From Octopus bimaculoides (Eukaryota): 45,224 bases of DNA. The notes under the pieces are model-generated. The model saw only the letters and a program-made list of their open reading frames with translations, had not been told where the DNA came from and did no database searches. Below are positions 1-11,929 of this stretch, one piece after another; positions within the stretch are counted from its first letter, which is position 1; each line of letters opens with the position of its first letter. Location of the stretch: the NCBI RefSeq assembly GCF_001194135.2, contig NC_068998.1, positions 3,440,267 through 3,485,490 of the forward strand, written 5' to 3'. Made by a program: the position numbers and the translations under genes.

Positions 1-47
<47 letters not shown>
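1..47. repeat. (AC)n microsatellite
   Basis: Perfect dinucleotide run. Confidence 0.95.
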
Positions 48-49
<2 letters not shown>

Positions 50-200
50 GGGCTTCTTTCATTTTCCATCTACCAATTCCACTCACAAATTTTGGTCAGC
101 CCAAGGCTAAAGTAAAAGTCACTTGCTCAAGGTGCCATGCAGTGGGACTGAACCCAGAACCATATGATTGGGAAGGAAGCTTCTTACCACACAGCCATAC
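47..200 (-). mobile_element. SINE family A (tRNA-derived head)
   Basis: The reverse complement has an A-box-like TGGCTGTGTGG and a B-box-like GGTTCAGTCCC. Repeated many times in the window. Confidence 0.85.
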
Positions 201-436
201 CAGTTCCTTATAACTGTTTCAAATCTCAAGGTTAAATTTTCCTTTCGTCCTTTCTGTGTCAAAATAAGGTACCAGTCAGGTACTGGGGGTAGAGGTAGGG
301 AATCAGTAATGTTTATTCCCCCCCTCCTCTCAGTATTTCTCTCCTTCCACCTAAAGTAATGAGTATTTAGAGAAGCTGGTACATGACAGGATTCAAAGAG
401 TGCTAAATGAAGGGCTTAAGATATTAATATATCCCT

Positions 437-565
437 AGACTGAGTTCAAATCCTGCTGTGGTCAACTTTATCCTTCTGGGGCTGATTAAATATCAATCAA
501 GAATTTGGCATATCAAAATTGACCATGAAACCTCCCCACAACTTTGTGGTTACCTGCCAATCATA
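437..565 (+). mobile_element. SINE family B fragment
   Basis: CTGAGTTCAAATCC..GGTCAACTTT B-box and core. Confidence 0.55.
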
Positions 566-717
566 TAAACCCTGGATCCTTTAATTTATTTATTTGAGAT
601 GACATAAGACAGAGATGCTGCGGTGTATGTTGTACAGTAAAAGGCTTACCTGGCACTTTTGACAAGGCAAAACAGACATCAAAATAATCATGCTGATGAT
701 TTTCATTCATTAATTAC

Positions 718-900
718 AGGTATGGCTGTGTCGTTAAGAAGTTTGCTTCCCAACCATATGGTTTCAGATTCAGTACCACTACCGGGCCCTTTTGGCATCT
801 TCTCCTATAGTTCCAGGCTAGCCATAGCTTTATAGGTATGTTAGGTAGACAAAAACCGAGAGAGAAAGAGAGACCTGTCGTACATGTACGTGTGTCATTT
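718..900 (+). mobile_element. SINE family A
   Basis: GGCTGTGTCGTTAAGAAGTTTGCTTCCCAACC head. Confidence 0.75.
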
Positions 901-1985
901 GTATCACCTTGTTTTGACTTTGTGCAGCAGTTGTAAGCAAGTGTCACTGTCGTGCACACGGTGTCCTTCGTTGCTAGTCGTCAGTGGAAACTTGCCCGGC
1001 TGAGAGCAAATATCATGAGGAAACGGAGTTTGGCAATGCAAAGGGCATCTGGCTGTATAAAATCTGCCTCAATGAATTCCATCTAACCCATTCAAGCATG
1101 GAAAAGTAGATGTTAAAACTAAGACAACGAATTACAGACTATTTTATTTCAGTATATTTCCTTGCATTGCTGTATTTTCTTTTTTCAATTTTTTGGGGTG
1201 GGGTTTTCTTGTAATTTTTTTTTCTTTCTTGTAAGTTAGTCTGGGGAGGGACATACAATACTTGAAACCTTTTCAGGGCCTCCCACACAGGTGAGGTTGG
1301 TACAGGTAATGCTACACCTGAACATCTGCAGGCCTGTGTCTGCTGCAGGAAAGAAAATAAAACTACAGTGCAATTGTGTGCAACCAGAATAACTAATTTG
1401 AATGCTTGTAACAAAGTGAACTTGCTAAAAGTACTCAAGAACCAGGTGTTGGGGGGGGGGGGGTTATTGAAACGGGACATGTTGCCCTACTGTCCATCAT
1501 AATAATGACCGGTGCATTATATTGGATCATGTCGGCCTGCCCTCACATCATACAGGCAACAAATCTGGTTTAAAAGTTAACATTTCATACTTCAGGGTTA
1601 ATTAGAGTAAATACCTGTAACATGATGAGGTTAAGTAAATTAATTACACATCTAAACTTTTACAGAAATGTGCTGAAGAAATGATAAATAAATGAAGCGC
1701 AGTTTGTCCGTCAGAATAAATCGGTTATGGAAACTTGCGTGTGTCTGTGCGCATTGTACTTTCGCATACGTGTGTGCACACATGTATGTCGTGCAAACAG
1801 GAATGCATTTACATAGGATTTACTCATATTTATTAATAGAATATTATCACTCACATTCAACAGAAGGTTGAATATATAATTTGTATACATATATGTGTGT
1901 GTATATGTGTATGTGTCTTTATGTTATGATACAAAACAATTCTATATTAAACTGAAAGATTACTCAATACCATTTGTGGAGTACA

Positions 1986-2082
1986 TATTCTTAAACATGA
2001 ATAGTGTTGACAGTGACTTCGAAGTAGGCTAAGTAGCCCGAAACTTCAAAGTCACTATCAACACTAGTCTTATTTAAGAATA
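1986..2082. repeat. 40-bp inverted repeat built around a hammerhead half-motif, family 1 copy A
   Basis: Arms 1986-2025 and 2043-2082 match at 35/40. The spacer and right arm read A-GGCT aagt AGCC-C-GAAAC-TTCAAA-GTC-ACT. Confidence 0.75.
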
Positions 2083-2399
2083 ATATATGTCTTACATTAA
2101 ATTCATTCAGTTGTCGCTTATCAACCAACATTTTTAGTATCAGTTTTAAAAGCTCGCAATTCTATATTCGATTTTAACGATAATAAAAACGATGCATTTA
2201 CTATATTTTATACGCATTATATTTTATTTATTATTACGCACTTACTGTTGTTTAATTTTTTTTCTTTACTAGTTTATTTGTCATTGTTTATCATTAATGA
2301 GCTCATAATTTCATGAAGGTAGTAGTAGTAGTAATAATAGCACAGGTGGTAGTGGTGGTATCATCACCAATAAATAATGATAATGATTATTGTTATGAT

Positions 2400-2632
2400 G
2401 ATGATAATGATATTGGTGCAAGATCACAAATTTGGAAGGGAGCAGGGTGGAGTTGTCTGAAATGATCCCTATTTTATACCTGGTGTTTATTTCATTGGTC
2501 CCCACCACCTGGAGAGAGATATAAAAAAAAAAAAAAGTCAAGTTGACTCTGGTGAGATTTGAACCCGGGATGTAAAGACCTGTAGGTGAATACTTGCATT
2601 TAGCCTGCTACTCTACCGTTTCTGCCAACTGA
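2400..2632 (-). mobile_element. SINE family B, degenerate
   Basis: The reverse complement has a TGGCAGAAACGGTAG head and a GGTTCAAATC B-box. Confidence 0.6.
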
Positions 2633-4316
2633 TAGTATTAGCACTGCTCAAGTAGTGAGGGTGATGATTCATCATCCAGCATGACTCATCCCAAACCGCT
2701 GCCACCACCACCGCCACCGCTGCCATCATCATCGTCACCAGGAGCAGCAGCAGCAGCAGCAGAAACAGCAGTAGAGAGACAACAGCAGTAAGCAAAGTCT
2801 TCATCATCTTGTAAACAAGCCCAGTAGCAGGCAAATTGCAGTGATATATACCAGTAGCTATAACAAAACCAGCAGCAGCACCATCACCACCACCACCACA
2901 GTGTGTTGTAGTTGTGGTTCTTGTTGTTGTTGTTACCTGTCAGTAAGAGCAGGAAGGGATGTGGTGTAGTTGTTGTTGCCGTTGTTGGCGGCGGAGGTGG
3001 CGGTAGCAGTGACAAGGGCGGTGGTGGTGGTGATGTTGGTGTTTGCGATGTTTTATGTGTTGTGTAAAGTCGACACAGACCCAAACAATAACAACTCCTA
3101 ATGGGCTTTTTTCCCTTTTTTTGTTCCCTTTTAAACCAACAACAACAACAACAACAACAAGTCTTACAAATCTGACTCTACCAATTTTGTGAGTTTATTT
3201 TCTATTTAATGATGATGTTTTCATTGTTGTTGTCGTTGTTTTCTAGTTGCTGTACTGTGTGTTCTGTCGTCTGATTGTATGCACATATGCATTTGTGTAT
3301 GTGCATGTATGCATGCATCTGCCTGTTTCCAAACATATATACCAGTGTGCTTAACACCCATCAAGTTGTGTTCGATTATACAGGTGAAGTGTGAGGTGGC
3401 AGGGCAGTTGGCTGTTTCAGGGTGTTTACATTGCTACAAATAAGGGCTGCTTCTCAGTTGGCAGCAACCCCCTTTTTCTAAAAAAAATTGTCATCTAACC
3501 TTATAGTCCCTCGAACAATTTTTAAGTTTCCAAATCAAACAAACCTGGGTCACATCCTGCCTTTTCAAAGTGTATCCAATCACTTCCTAAACATTGAAAT
3601 AAGTTTGCATCAAATTCGGTAAATCTATTGTAAGAATCAAATTTCTCTTGTTATTGTTGTGGTCATCATTGTCATCATCCGAATCACCATCACCATCATC
3701 ATCATCATCATCGACATAATCATCGTCACATGCCTAAATGCAATTTGTCTTATTCTTCCTTGTCCAAAAATTAGTCTTTGTCACTTCCCATCCTTTTTTT
3801 TTTTTTTAAACAACTCCTACAATGTAAGATTTACTCTAAAGGTACCGAACAATGTACCGTTATTACCAAAATTTGTTTGTTTTTCTTGCACTGCCAACAG
3901 AACTTTAACCATTATTTTACATGTTTACATCAAATTCTCTGGCGCTAACTTACAACCAAATATGTTTATCACTGTTTGTTTACTTGTGACAATTTTTTTT
4001 TGTTTTGTTATTTTTCTTCTTCAACCTACCATTGTCCGACTCATTTTTTTGTAATTTTTCTGTAATTCAAAGCTACTTTGATTACAGATTATTTTCCATA
4101 GTTTTCTTTTTGTTTTTTACTTTGTTTTTGTTGTTATTATTGTTGTTATTGTTATTATTATTATATCTGCTGTTGGAGACATTTTGTCCAGTAATTTTTA
4201 GAAAATGAGGTAATGTGAATAATATTATGCTAAGTTCCCATGTGTGTGTGTATGTGTGTGGTATGAGAGAGACGTGGAGGGAAGGAGGGAGAGAAAGAGA
4301 TGAAGAGAGAGAGAGA

Positions 4317-4933
4317 NNNNNNNNNNNNNNNNNNNNNNNNNNNNNNNNNNNNNNNNNNNNNNNNNNNNNNNNNNNNNNNNNNNNNNNNNNNNNNNNNNNN
4401 NNNNNNNNNNNNNNNNNNNNNNNNNNNNNNNNNNNNNNNNNNNNNNNNNNNNNNNNNNNNNNNNNNNNNNNNNNNNNNNNNNNNNNNNNNNNNNNNNNNN
4501 NNNNNNNNNNNNNNNNNNNNNNNNNNNNNNNNNNNNNNNNNNNNNNNNNNNNNNNNNNNNNNNNNNNNNNNNNNNNNNNNNNNNNNNNNNNNNNNNNNNN
4601 NNNNNNNNNNNNNNNNNNNNNNNNNNNNNNNNNNNNNNNNNNNNNNNNNNNNNNNNNNNNNNNNNNNNNNNNNNNNNNNNNNNNNNNNNNNNNNNNNNNN
4701 NNNNNNNNNNNNNNNNNNNNNNNNNNNNNNNNNNNNNNNNNNNNNNNNNNNNNNNNNNNNNNNNNNNNNNNNNNNNNNNNNNNNNNNNNNNNNNNNNNNN
4801 NNNNNNNNNNNNNNNNNNNNNNNNNNNNNNNNNNNNNNNNNNNNNNNNNNNNNNNNNNNNNNNNNNNNNNNNNNNNNNNNNNNNNNNNNNNNNNNNNNNN
4901 NNNNNNNNNNNNNNNNNNNNNNNNNNNNNNNNN
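4317..4933. other. Assembly gap (others at 11170-11517, 13022-13441, 14185-14194, 27971-27980, 40250-40414, 42474-42483, 43203-43212)
   Basis: Runs of N, mostly abutting microsatellites or homopolymers. Confidence 0.99.
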
Positions 4934-4969
<36 letters not shown>

Positions 4970-5554
4970 ACAAAATATATATAATATATATATAAAATCA
5001 ATGGAGCTGTCACCTGACTAATGGTTTTTTTTTTTTAAACTTTAACCACATTACCTATTTTATATGTATGTATTTTATTAATTATCATTATTTTCAAAAT
5101 ATTTTCCTTTGAGAGGAAAAATGACAAATTTAAATTGATTTCATATAATTTCCAAATTTATATAAAGTGAAGAGAATGAACCTTACCTGTTTCTTTTAAT
5201 TAACGGTTTCCATGAAAGTTCCATGGACACACACACACACACACACACACACTCTCTCTTGTATGTAATGCATCTTAGCCAAACGGAAGGTACTGTCAAA
5301 CTCGATATTTGGTAAAGTCCTGAATTGGAGCAAACTGATGTTGGTGACAATTCAAAAGAGACTTTGTAGATTATTGGTGAAGAATATGGTCCTCCGTAGT
5401 AGTTTAGTACCAGCTATTTTTTGCTTGAATCCCAAATTTTGGTGCTCTTCATATCAAAGACAGGAAATTAAATTCTCTTGATATATCAAAATAATGCAGT
5501 TGACCAAATTCCACACTATTCCAAGAAAGTTTGCTTTGTGCACAGTTAAAGTTA

Positions 5555-5680
5555 TATGTATATACATACATATATGTATATACATACATATATATATATA
5601 CATACATACATATATATACATACATACATATATATATATATATACATACATACACACACGTACATGCATACACACATATT
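5555..5680. repeat. Compound (TA)n/(TACA)n microsatellite
   Basis: Direct reading. Confidence 0.9.
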
Positions 5681-6023
5681 TGTCATAATAATTTAGAAAC
5701 TTCGAGAGAACAGGAAATAATTGATTTTTAATGATTGAACTCAAAGTGAGTAGCTCTATGAATAACAACAGCATGTAAAGGTTGGGTTAAAAAAAGCCTT
5801 TTGGATTGAAAGGTGAAGGCTTTAATCATAAGTTTTATATTTTACATAGTTCAAACATTATCAAGAGTTCAGTATGTCGGGTAGAGTGGAGAGTGTTTTA
5901 TTATATTATATAAAAGTTGGGGAGTCAACTCTGAGTTTTGCCTCAGGTGGGCTGTTTGTGGCAGTTGCAAATGACCTGCCTTGGGGCAGAACATGGAGTA
6001 AACTTACAGGCTTTTGATATCAT

Positions 6024-6024
<1 letters not shown>

Positions 6025-6076
<52 letters not shown>
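6025..6076. repeat. (AC)n microsatellite
   Basis: Direct reading. Confidence 0.95.
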
Positions 6077-6080
<4 letters not shown>

Positions 6081-6893
6081 TAGGAATAAAACATAGTATA
6101 TTGGTAATAAATTTGACTAACCTTATTATTACCAATATATATATATATATATAAGCAGACATTTGCATCCAGTGGTGGTGGTCATTCAAAATGACAATGT
6201 ATTCGGTAATGGTAGGGCTGCAGTATGTCCAAAGTTGAGTTTGTTTTGATTCCTTTGCTGCAGAGAGAAAATTATGCGCATCTATTATGTTAATTACATG
6301 CATTTATTATGTTCATTTCTTCTGGATCTAAGTATGATGAAATGACATCATTTTCTTCAAACAATAAAACAAACGGAAAGTTTGATTTTCATCGAAGGAT
6401 AATTAAGTTTGTTTCATTTTAAGAAGAGTTTTCTGGTTAGTTTGTTGGACATAGACTGTCAGTGGTTGGTGTCTTCAACATTGTACACCAAACTCTGGAA
6501 CTTGAATATTTTTGAAGCATTTGACTTGGTTTTGGCCTTACATTTGTGGCTCCAACCTCAAGGAACTCTCTCATTTAGCTTGCTTTCAAAACTTTTCCAA
6601 ACCTACGTCGCACAAAGTAATTCCAGGTGAAATTTGGTAACTATCTTAAAACAATATTTAGTGTTGTTTTGTTTTTGTAATTTTAACAAGTTTAAATCTT
6701 AGATATCGGTCTTAATTTTGATGTTAAATTTTTTAAAACTGAATCAGGGCTAGCTTTTAATTCTATTCTAAATTAATTGGTTGTAGATTTTTATTTGTTT
6801 TCATGAAGTTTGTACAACTTACATTAAGTAAATTTTAATTTAACTCCTGTTTTTTTTTTGTTTTTTTTTTTTTTTAGTAAAACAAATTAAGAT

Positions 6894-7318
6894 TTAACCA
6901 AATTAAGATACCAACCCATCTAAGAATGCTTCTGTTTCTATGATACAAACTTGCTGGTTTTAAATTGAGCAAAATTAAATATAGTTACAAATGGGCTAAA
7001 GTGATCTAAATTAAAAACTTCCATCAAAATTTCCTTTTTAATTTATGTTCCAAATACCAACTTAATAATGAGTTATTTCACTAAATTCTTCATTATTTTC
7101 AAAATTAATTGAAACCAAGCTCATATATTTAAACAGAAATATGATAACAAAAGGGTTGAAGTAGCTTCAATTAAACTTTCCATCAAAATTTCATGTTAAT
7201 TCATGTTCTAAGTGCTACCTTAATAGTTACAGTTATTTTGCAAAATTCTTCATTTTGAAAATTAATTGAAAGGCAGTGTATTTCAACAGAAACTCAGTAA
7301 CCAAAGATTTAAATATTA
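6894..7318 (+). mobile_element. piggyBac-like MITE (6894-7160) plus a second partial subunit
   Basis: Ends TTAACC.. and ..AAAGGGTTGAA. The internal block CCATCAAAATTT..TTCTTCATT..AAAATTAATTGAAA occurs twice. Confidence 0.6.
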
Positions 7319-7934
7319 GATAAAAATTTTGGTCTTTTGGTTGTATATTTTTTTGTCACTTAAATCCATCTTTTCTTGGAAATATTTTTTCTGAAACACG
7401 ATTAATATGTTAATAAATAATTGAACTAATAAACTCTATGTTAATGATTTTCATGGCTGAATTATTAGGATTTGAAAAATTAACTTCCATAAGACATTTT
7501 GTCTGTTTCTCTAACTTAAATTTCTTTATATTTCTTGGTTTGTTTTATAAACAAACCAAGAGTAATTCTTTGTTAGCTTTTAAATAATTGTTCTCCAAAG
7601 TGTGATAATGTCTAATTTATATATTTGAAAAATATATATATATCAGTCAAAAAAGTCATATTTCTGGCCCACCCATCCCTTTTCTCCTGTTTACATTCAT
7701 ATAATTATGGAGAACTTTTCTATAAGTTTCCTAATTACAGTTGATATAGACTCCTATCTTCGTCATCAAACTTATTAATGGGTCTTTATTCTAATGTAAA
7801 ATTTTCCCACAGTTAATAAAGATACAAGAGATTATTCAGATTTATTTGGACTTTAATTAATGAAAATCTATTGTTAATTTGGTAGTAAGTTCTTGCTGAA
7901 ACCATATTACCATGTTCCAATTTTAGGGATCCTT

Positions 7935-8270
7935 TTTTTGTTATAATATTTCAGTTATCTTGAAAATAATGAAGCATTTAGTAAAATGATTTTGTCATCA
8001 TTAAGCTGCTGTTCAGAACAGAAATTAAAATGAAATTTTGATGGAATATTTTAAAGTATATCACTTTAACCTTTTGTTACAATATTTTTGTTGAAATACA
8101 CTGATTTTGTTTCAATTAATTTTGAAAATTACGAAGAATTTAGTAAAATAACTGGTGTTTGAAACCTAAATTAGCATTTTGATGAAGAATTATAATCTAG
8201 AACAAATTAAAATAGTTTGTATCAAAGAACCCAGGAGTTGCCACAGATTGGTCGGTATCGAAAAGGTTAG
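7935..8270 (-). mobile_element. Same MITE family in opposite orientation (8066-8270) plus a partial subunit
   Basis: TTAACCTTTTGTTAC..GGTATCGAAAAGGTTAG. The reverse complement aligns to 6894-7318. Confidence 0.6.
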
Positions 8271-9883
8271 AATTTAATCTTGTAACAATACTGGTAAAGG
8301 TATTACAATATTTGATGGCATTAAAGGTGCATGGACACATTAGATTTTAGCAGTCCATTTTCAGGAAAAAAAAGTTTTTTGTTCATTAAAGCTTCTGGGA
8401 AACTTCACATAAAATAGTTTCTTTTTGTGAGTCCTTTTGAGAGGAAAGTGCATCATCAAAGATGGTACTTAAGATTCTCATTTTCTATAAAGTTGAAGCT
8501 TCAAGCTAATGTAAAGTAAAACCATTCTAAAATTAAAATTAAAAACTTTATAGATTCAATTTCTGTTAATTATATTTGTTTCTTTACAAAGAACCAGTTG
8601 CCAAATTTTAATTTTGTACTTTTAAATCTTCCTATTTACTGTGCAGAAAAAACTCTATTTTTAACTTTAAAAACTTAATCATTTTTCATTAGTAAAATTA
8701 ATTACTATTTTTCATTTTTTTTTCTTTTGTTTGTGTCTTTTAGCAAAATAAGAGACAAATGTATTTATAAATGCAATATAAAAGTTTCTGTATGAAAGCA
8801 AAATTTATCTTTTAAACAAATTATTTTATTTTATAAAAAGAAAATTTTCAAAGAAGTTCGTTCTTAAATAATTTTTTCTCAAATAACAAAAATAAGAAAA
8901 TAAATTCAAAACAATGTACACTATAAAATATATTGGATTGTAGCATTTCAATTATTATTGTATTAATTAGTGAAATACCTTAGTTTTTTAATATTTCTTA
9001 TATAGAGATTCTTGTATAAACTTGAAACTATTCATCTTTTTTCCTCTCTCTTTCTCTAATATATATGTATATATATGTATGTATATATAACTGAATGTCA
9101 CTTTTTCACACAATTTATGTAACAGGGTAATCCCTTTTATATGTTTTAAACCTTGTATCGCTGTAACCTTGTCAGCTAAATACCCGTATTGGGGTATTTA
9201 GGATATATGTTTGTTAAATATTCTTGCTTTCCTACATTTCACCAGAACTTTGTCTACACACACACACACACATTCATTCATACACATAGATATATGTATA
9301 TGCAGATGTATACATAAACATACAAATGTGTATTTTTTTGTGTGAGTGTATGTATACACACACACTAACTAAATTAGTAGAATCCTGTAATTATAACCCC
9401 AAGATAGTTATCAGTTTTTCCATCTACCCAGCGTTTCAGTTTGTTCAGTTTTTAGTTATTTTCAGTTGTCCCATCCCTGAATATTTAATGGTGCCCCTGG
9501 TTGGAAATGAACTTTGAAAGCTTCTTTCTATGTGAAGGCATAAGTACCCAGATCCACAAAACTATTGGCCTACCGAAATAATATATTCAGAGAGAGAACA
9601 CCTGAAGATGATTGGTGGTCAAACCATTTGGAAGTGGTGTGAATCAAAATATGTTGATTAGATGGGGTGGGGGGGGGAGCTTTAATTAACCTAATTACTT
9701 TTTTTATAAGTTTTGAGAAATAAACAACTTAAATATTTGATCAATTCAGGAAATAGACATTGTTGGTAAAGGGGAAAAAGTTTTTTGCAGTTTTATATAT
9801 ATGATGATTATATATATAATGTGTGTGTGTATAGACATACGCACACACACACACACATATATTCATGTGTGTGTATGTATTAT

Positions 9884-9930
9884 CAGTGTGACGAAGTCTA
9901 GCAGGCCAAAACTTCGAAGTCACTGTCAAC
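9884..9930 (+). ncRNA. Degenerate minimal type I hammerhead ribozyme motif, family 1 copy B
   Basis: CAGT-[g]TGACGA-A-GTCT agc AGGC-C-[a]AAAC-TTCGAA-GTC-ACTG. Stem I is cagt/actg, stem II is GTCT/AGGC, helix III is the perfect palindrome ACTTCGAAGT, and the triplet is GUC. C3 and G12 are mutated. Confidence 0.7.
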
Positions 9931-10145
9931 CTTTTCCATGTAAAAGTTTAATGAATATGTACTCTGTTAAAAAGTATTGAGTAATTCCTCAGTTTAATAT
10001 CAAAAAAAGGTGGCAGAATTTGAACTCAGAACTTAAAGATGAACATAATGCCATCAGATATTTACCAGGTTGCCACCTTAATGATAAAGTAAACTTTCCA
10101 TGATGTCAAGTCTATATTCATTTAAAATCTTTCTGTTTCGGTTGG

Positions 10146-10359
10146 TTGACCTTTTTGTTACCATATTTCTCTTGTAATACACTGCCTTCGTTTCAATTGA
10201 TTTAGTAAAATAGCCATTATTATTATTGAGATGGTGTTTGAAAGCTAAATTAACATGGAATTCTGATGGAGTGATTTAATTTAAATCACTTTAAAGCAGC
10301 AAGTTTGAATCATAAACTAAAGAGTAGTTTCGAGCAGGTTGGTATTAAAAAGGGTTGAA
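10146..10359 (-). mobile_element. Same piggyBac-like MITE family
   Basis: TTGACCTTTTTGTTACC..GGTATTAAAAAGGGTTGAA termini and a shared interior. Confidence 0.6.
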
Positions 10360-10898
10360 CACCTTTCTGTGGGACTCTGATTTCTTGTTAGGACACCTTT
10401 ATAAGTTAGGGAAATATATTTTTGTAATATCCTTAGGTTTCAGTAACTACAGGGGCTAATTAGAAGATGGCTGTGTGTAGATCTTGCAAATAACATGCTT
10501 GCTTGCACTGTAGGGACCAATTAAAATTTAAGTTAATTAATTATTTAGTCCCAGATAAGTCTTGTTCAGGGTTCCAATCATGACCTGCCTTTTTTTCCTC
10601 TCAGACACAATATATCTAGGCTTACATTATCCAATGTGTCTTCCCCCACCGTTTCTTTCTAAAGAAAACAGTTTTAAAAATTTGGCTGCTATTTCTAGCA
10701 GGTTAAGTAGGCCATACTTTAAAAAAAATTAATATAAATAATTATATTATATTACCTAAATGGGATTATTTGGTTGGTAAATGGGTGGAGATTTTGCTAG
10801 GGAGGTGAGGGGTTTCTTACACAGTAGGATATAAATTAAAAATAAAAATTTGATTACCTAACCAGTAAAGTATGCATTATATTTTGGTTTAGATTTCA

Positions 10899-10932
<34 letters not shown>

Positions 10933-11041
10933 CTAGTATTAGTTTTCTGTGTTGTAAACTATACAAGTTGTTCAGCAAAAACCTTGACACCCCATGAAAT
11001 AAATTCGATTTGAAAGTGAATTTAATAGCTTTGTATGTTTC

Positions 11042-11169
11042 TAACCCTTTCTCCACCCCATATTTGTGTTGAAATAAACAACCTTTATTCTTTTTATTAT
11101 TTTGCTTTTTGAAGCATAAATTAACAGAAATTTTTGATGAAGGGGTTTCAATTTACATCCCTTTAATGA
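11042..11169 (-). mobile_element. Same MITE family, truncated by a gap
   Basis: TAACCCTTT start, then ATATTTGTGTTGAAATA and AATTTTTGATGAAG blocks. Confidence 0.45.
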
Positions 11170-11599
11170 NNNNNNNNNNNNNNNNNNNNNNNNNNNNNNN
11201 NNNNNNNNNNNNNNNNNNNNNNNNNNNNNNNNNNNNNNNNNNNNNNNNNNNNNNNNNNNNNNNNNNNNNNNNNNNNNNNNNNNNNNNNNNNNNNNNNNNN
11301 NNNNNNNNNNNNNNNNNNNNNNNNNNNNNNNNNNNNNNNNNNNNNNNNNNNNNNNNNNNNNNNNNNNNNNNNNNNNNNNNNNNNNNNNNNNNNNNNNNNN
11401 NNNNNNNNNNNNNNNNNNNNNNNNNNNNNNNNNNNNNNNNNNNNNNNNNNNNNNNNNNNNNNNNNNNNNNNNNNNNNNNNNNNNNNNNNNNNNNNNNNNN
11501 NNNNNNNNNNNNNNNNNAACTTTGAAAATACTTGTCTGCTTTTGATTAAAAGTTTTAAAAAATTAATTTTAACAATTTCTCTTCATCCCTCTTTCTCTA

Positions 11600-11601
<2 letters not shown>

Positions 11602-11652
<51 letters not shown>
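11602..11652. repeat. (TG)n microsatellite
   Basis: Direct reading. Confidence 0.95.
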
Positions 11653-11654
<2 letters not shown>

Positions 11655-11714
11655 TATTTAGTAACTGTACCAGAGTGCACATGTAATAACATAGAAAATT
11701 CAAATTGTTTTCTT

Positions 11715-11895
11715 AAGAAATAAGCAGTATTTTCATTATTTACATTTGATGGATATTTGTCCTCATCTTATTTGTTGTTAACATAACGTTTCAGCTGATA
11801 TACCTTCCAGCTTTCATCCGGTGTCTTGGGGAAATTTCAAACCTGGGTTCTCATTCATAAGGTATTTTTCAATGTTGTTATTCAGGTCACTTACA
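11715..11895 (-). mobile_element. Probable Penelope-like terminal-repeat remnant carrying the family 2 hammerhead
   Basis: The CTGATGAAG..CGAAACGTT-type architecture is typical of PLE terminal repeats. No RT or GIY-YIG ORF is adjacent. Boundaries are approximate. Confidence 0.45.
11780..11825 (-). ncRNA. Degenerate minimal hammerhead motif of Penelope-like type, family 2
   Basis: The minus strand reads GACAC-C[g]GATGA-A-AGCTG gaaggtatat CAGCT-GAAAC-GTT-ATGTT. Perfect 5-bp stem II and AACGTT palindromic helix III. U4 is mutated to G. Confidence 0.7.
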
Positions 11896-11929
11896 AAATA
11901 ATAATAATAATAATTTTAGCATGTGGCTA

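Noticed and set aside
2884-3084. Poly-Pro ORF suggesting a formin-like exon
   Set aside because: TTG start, produced by CCA/CCG repeats, and all frames close within about 110 codons.
4215-5013. Long ORFs crossing N-gaps (also 11109-11525, 12987-13521, 40210-40453)
   Set aside because: Artefacts of translating N as X.
6409-6630. 73-aa ORF ending at CAG|GTGAAA
   Set aside because: No convincing acceptor or recognisable motif, and within chance length.
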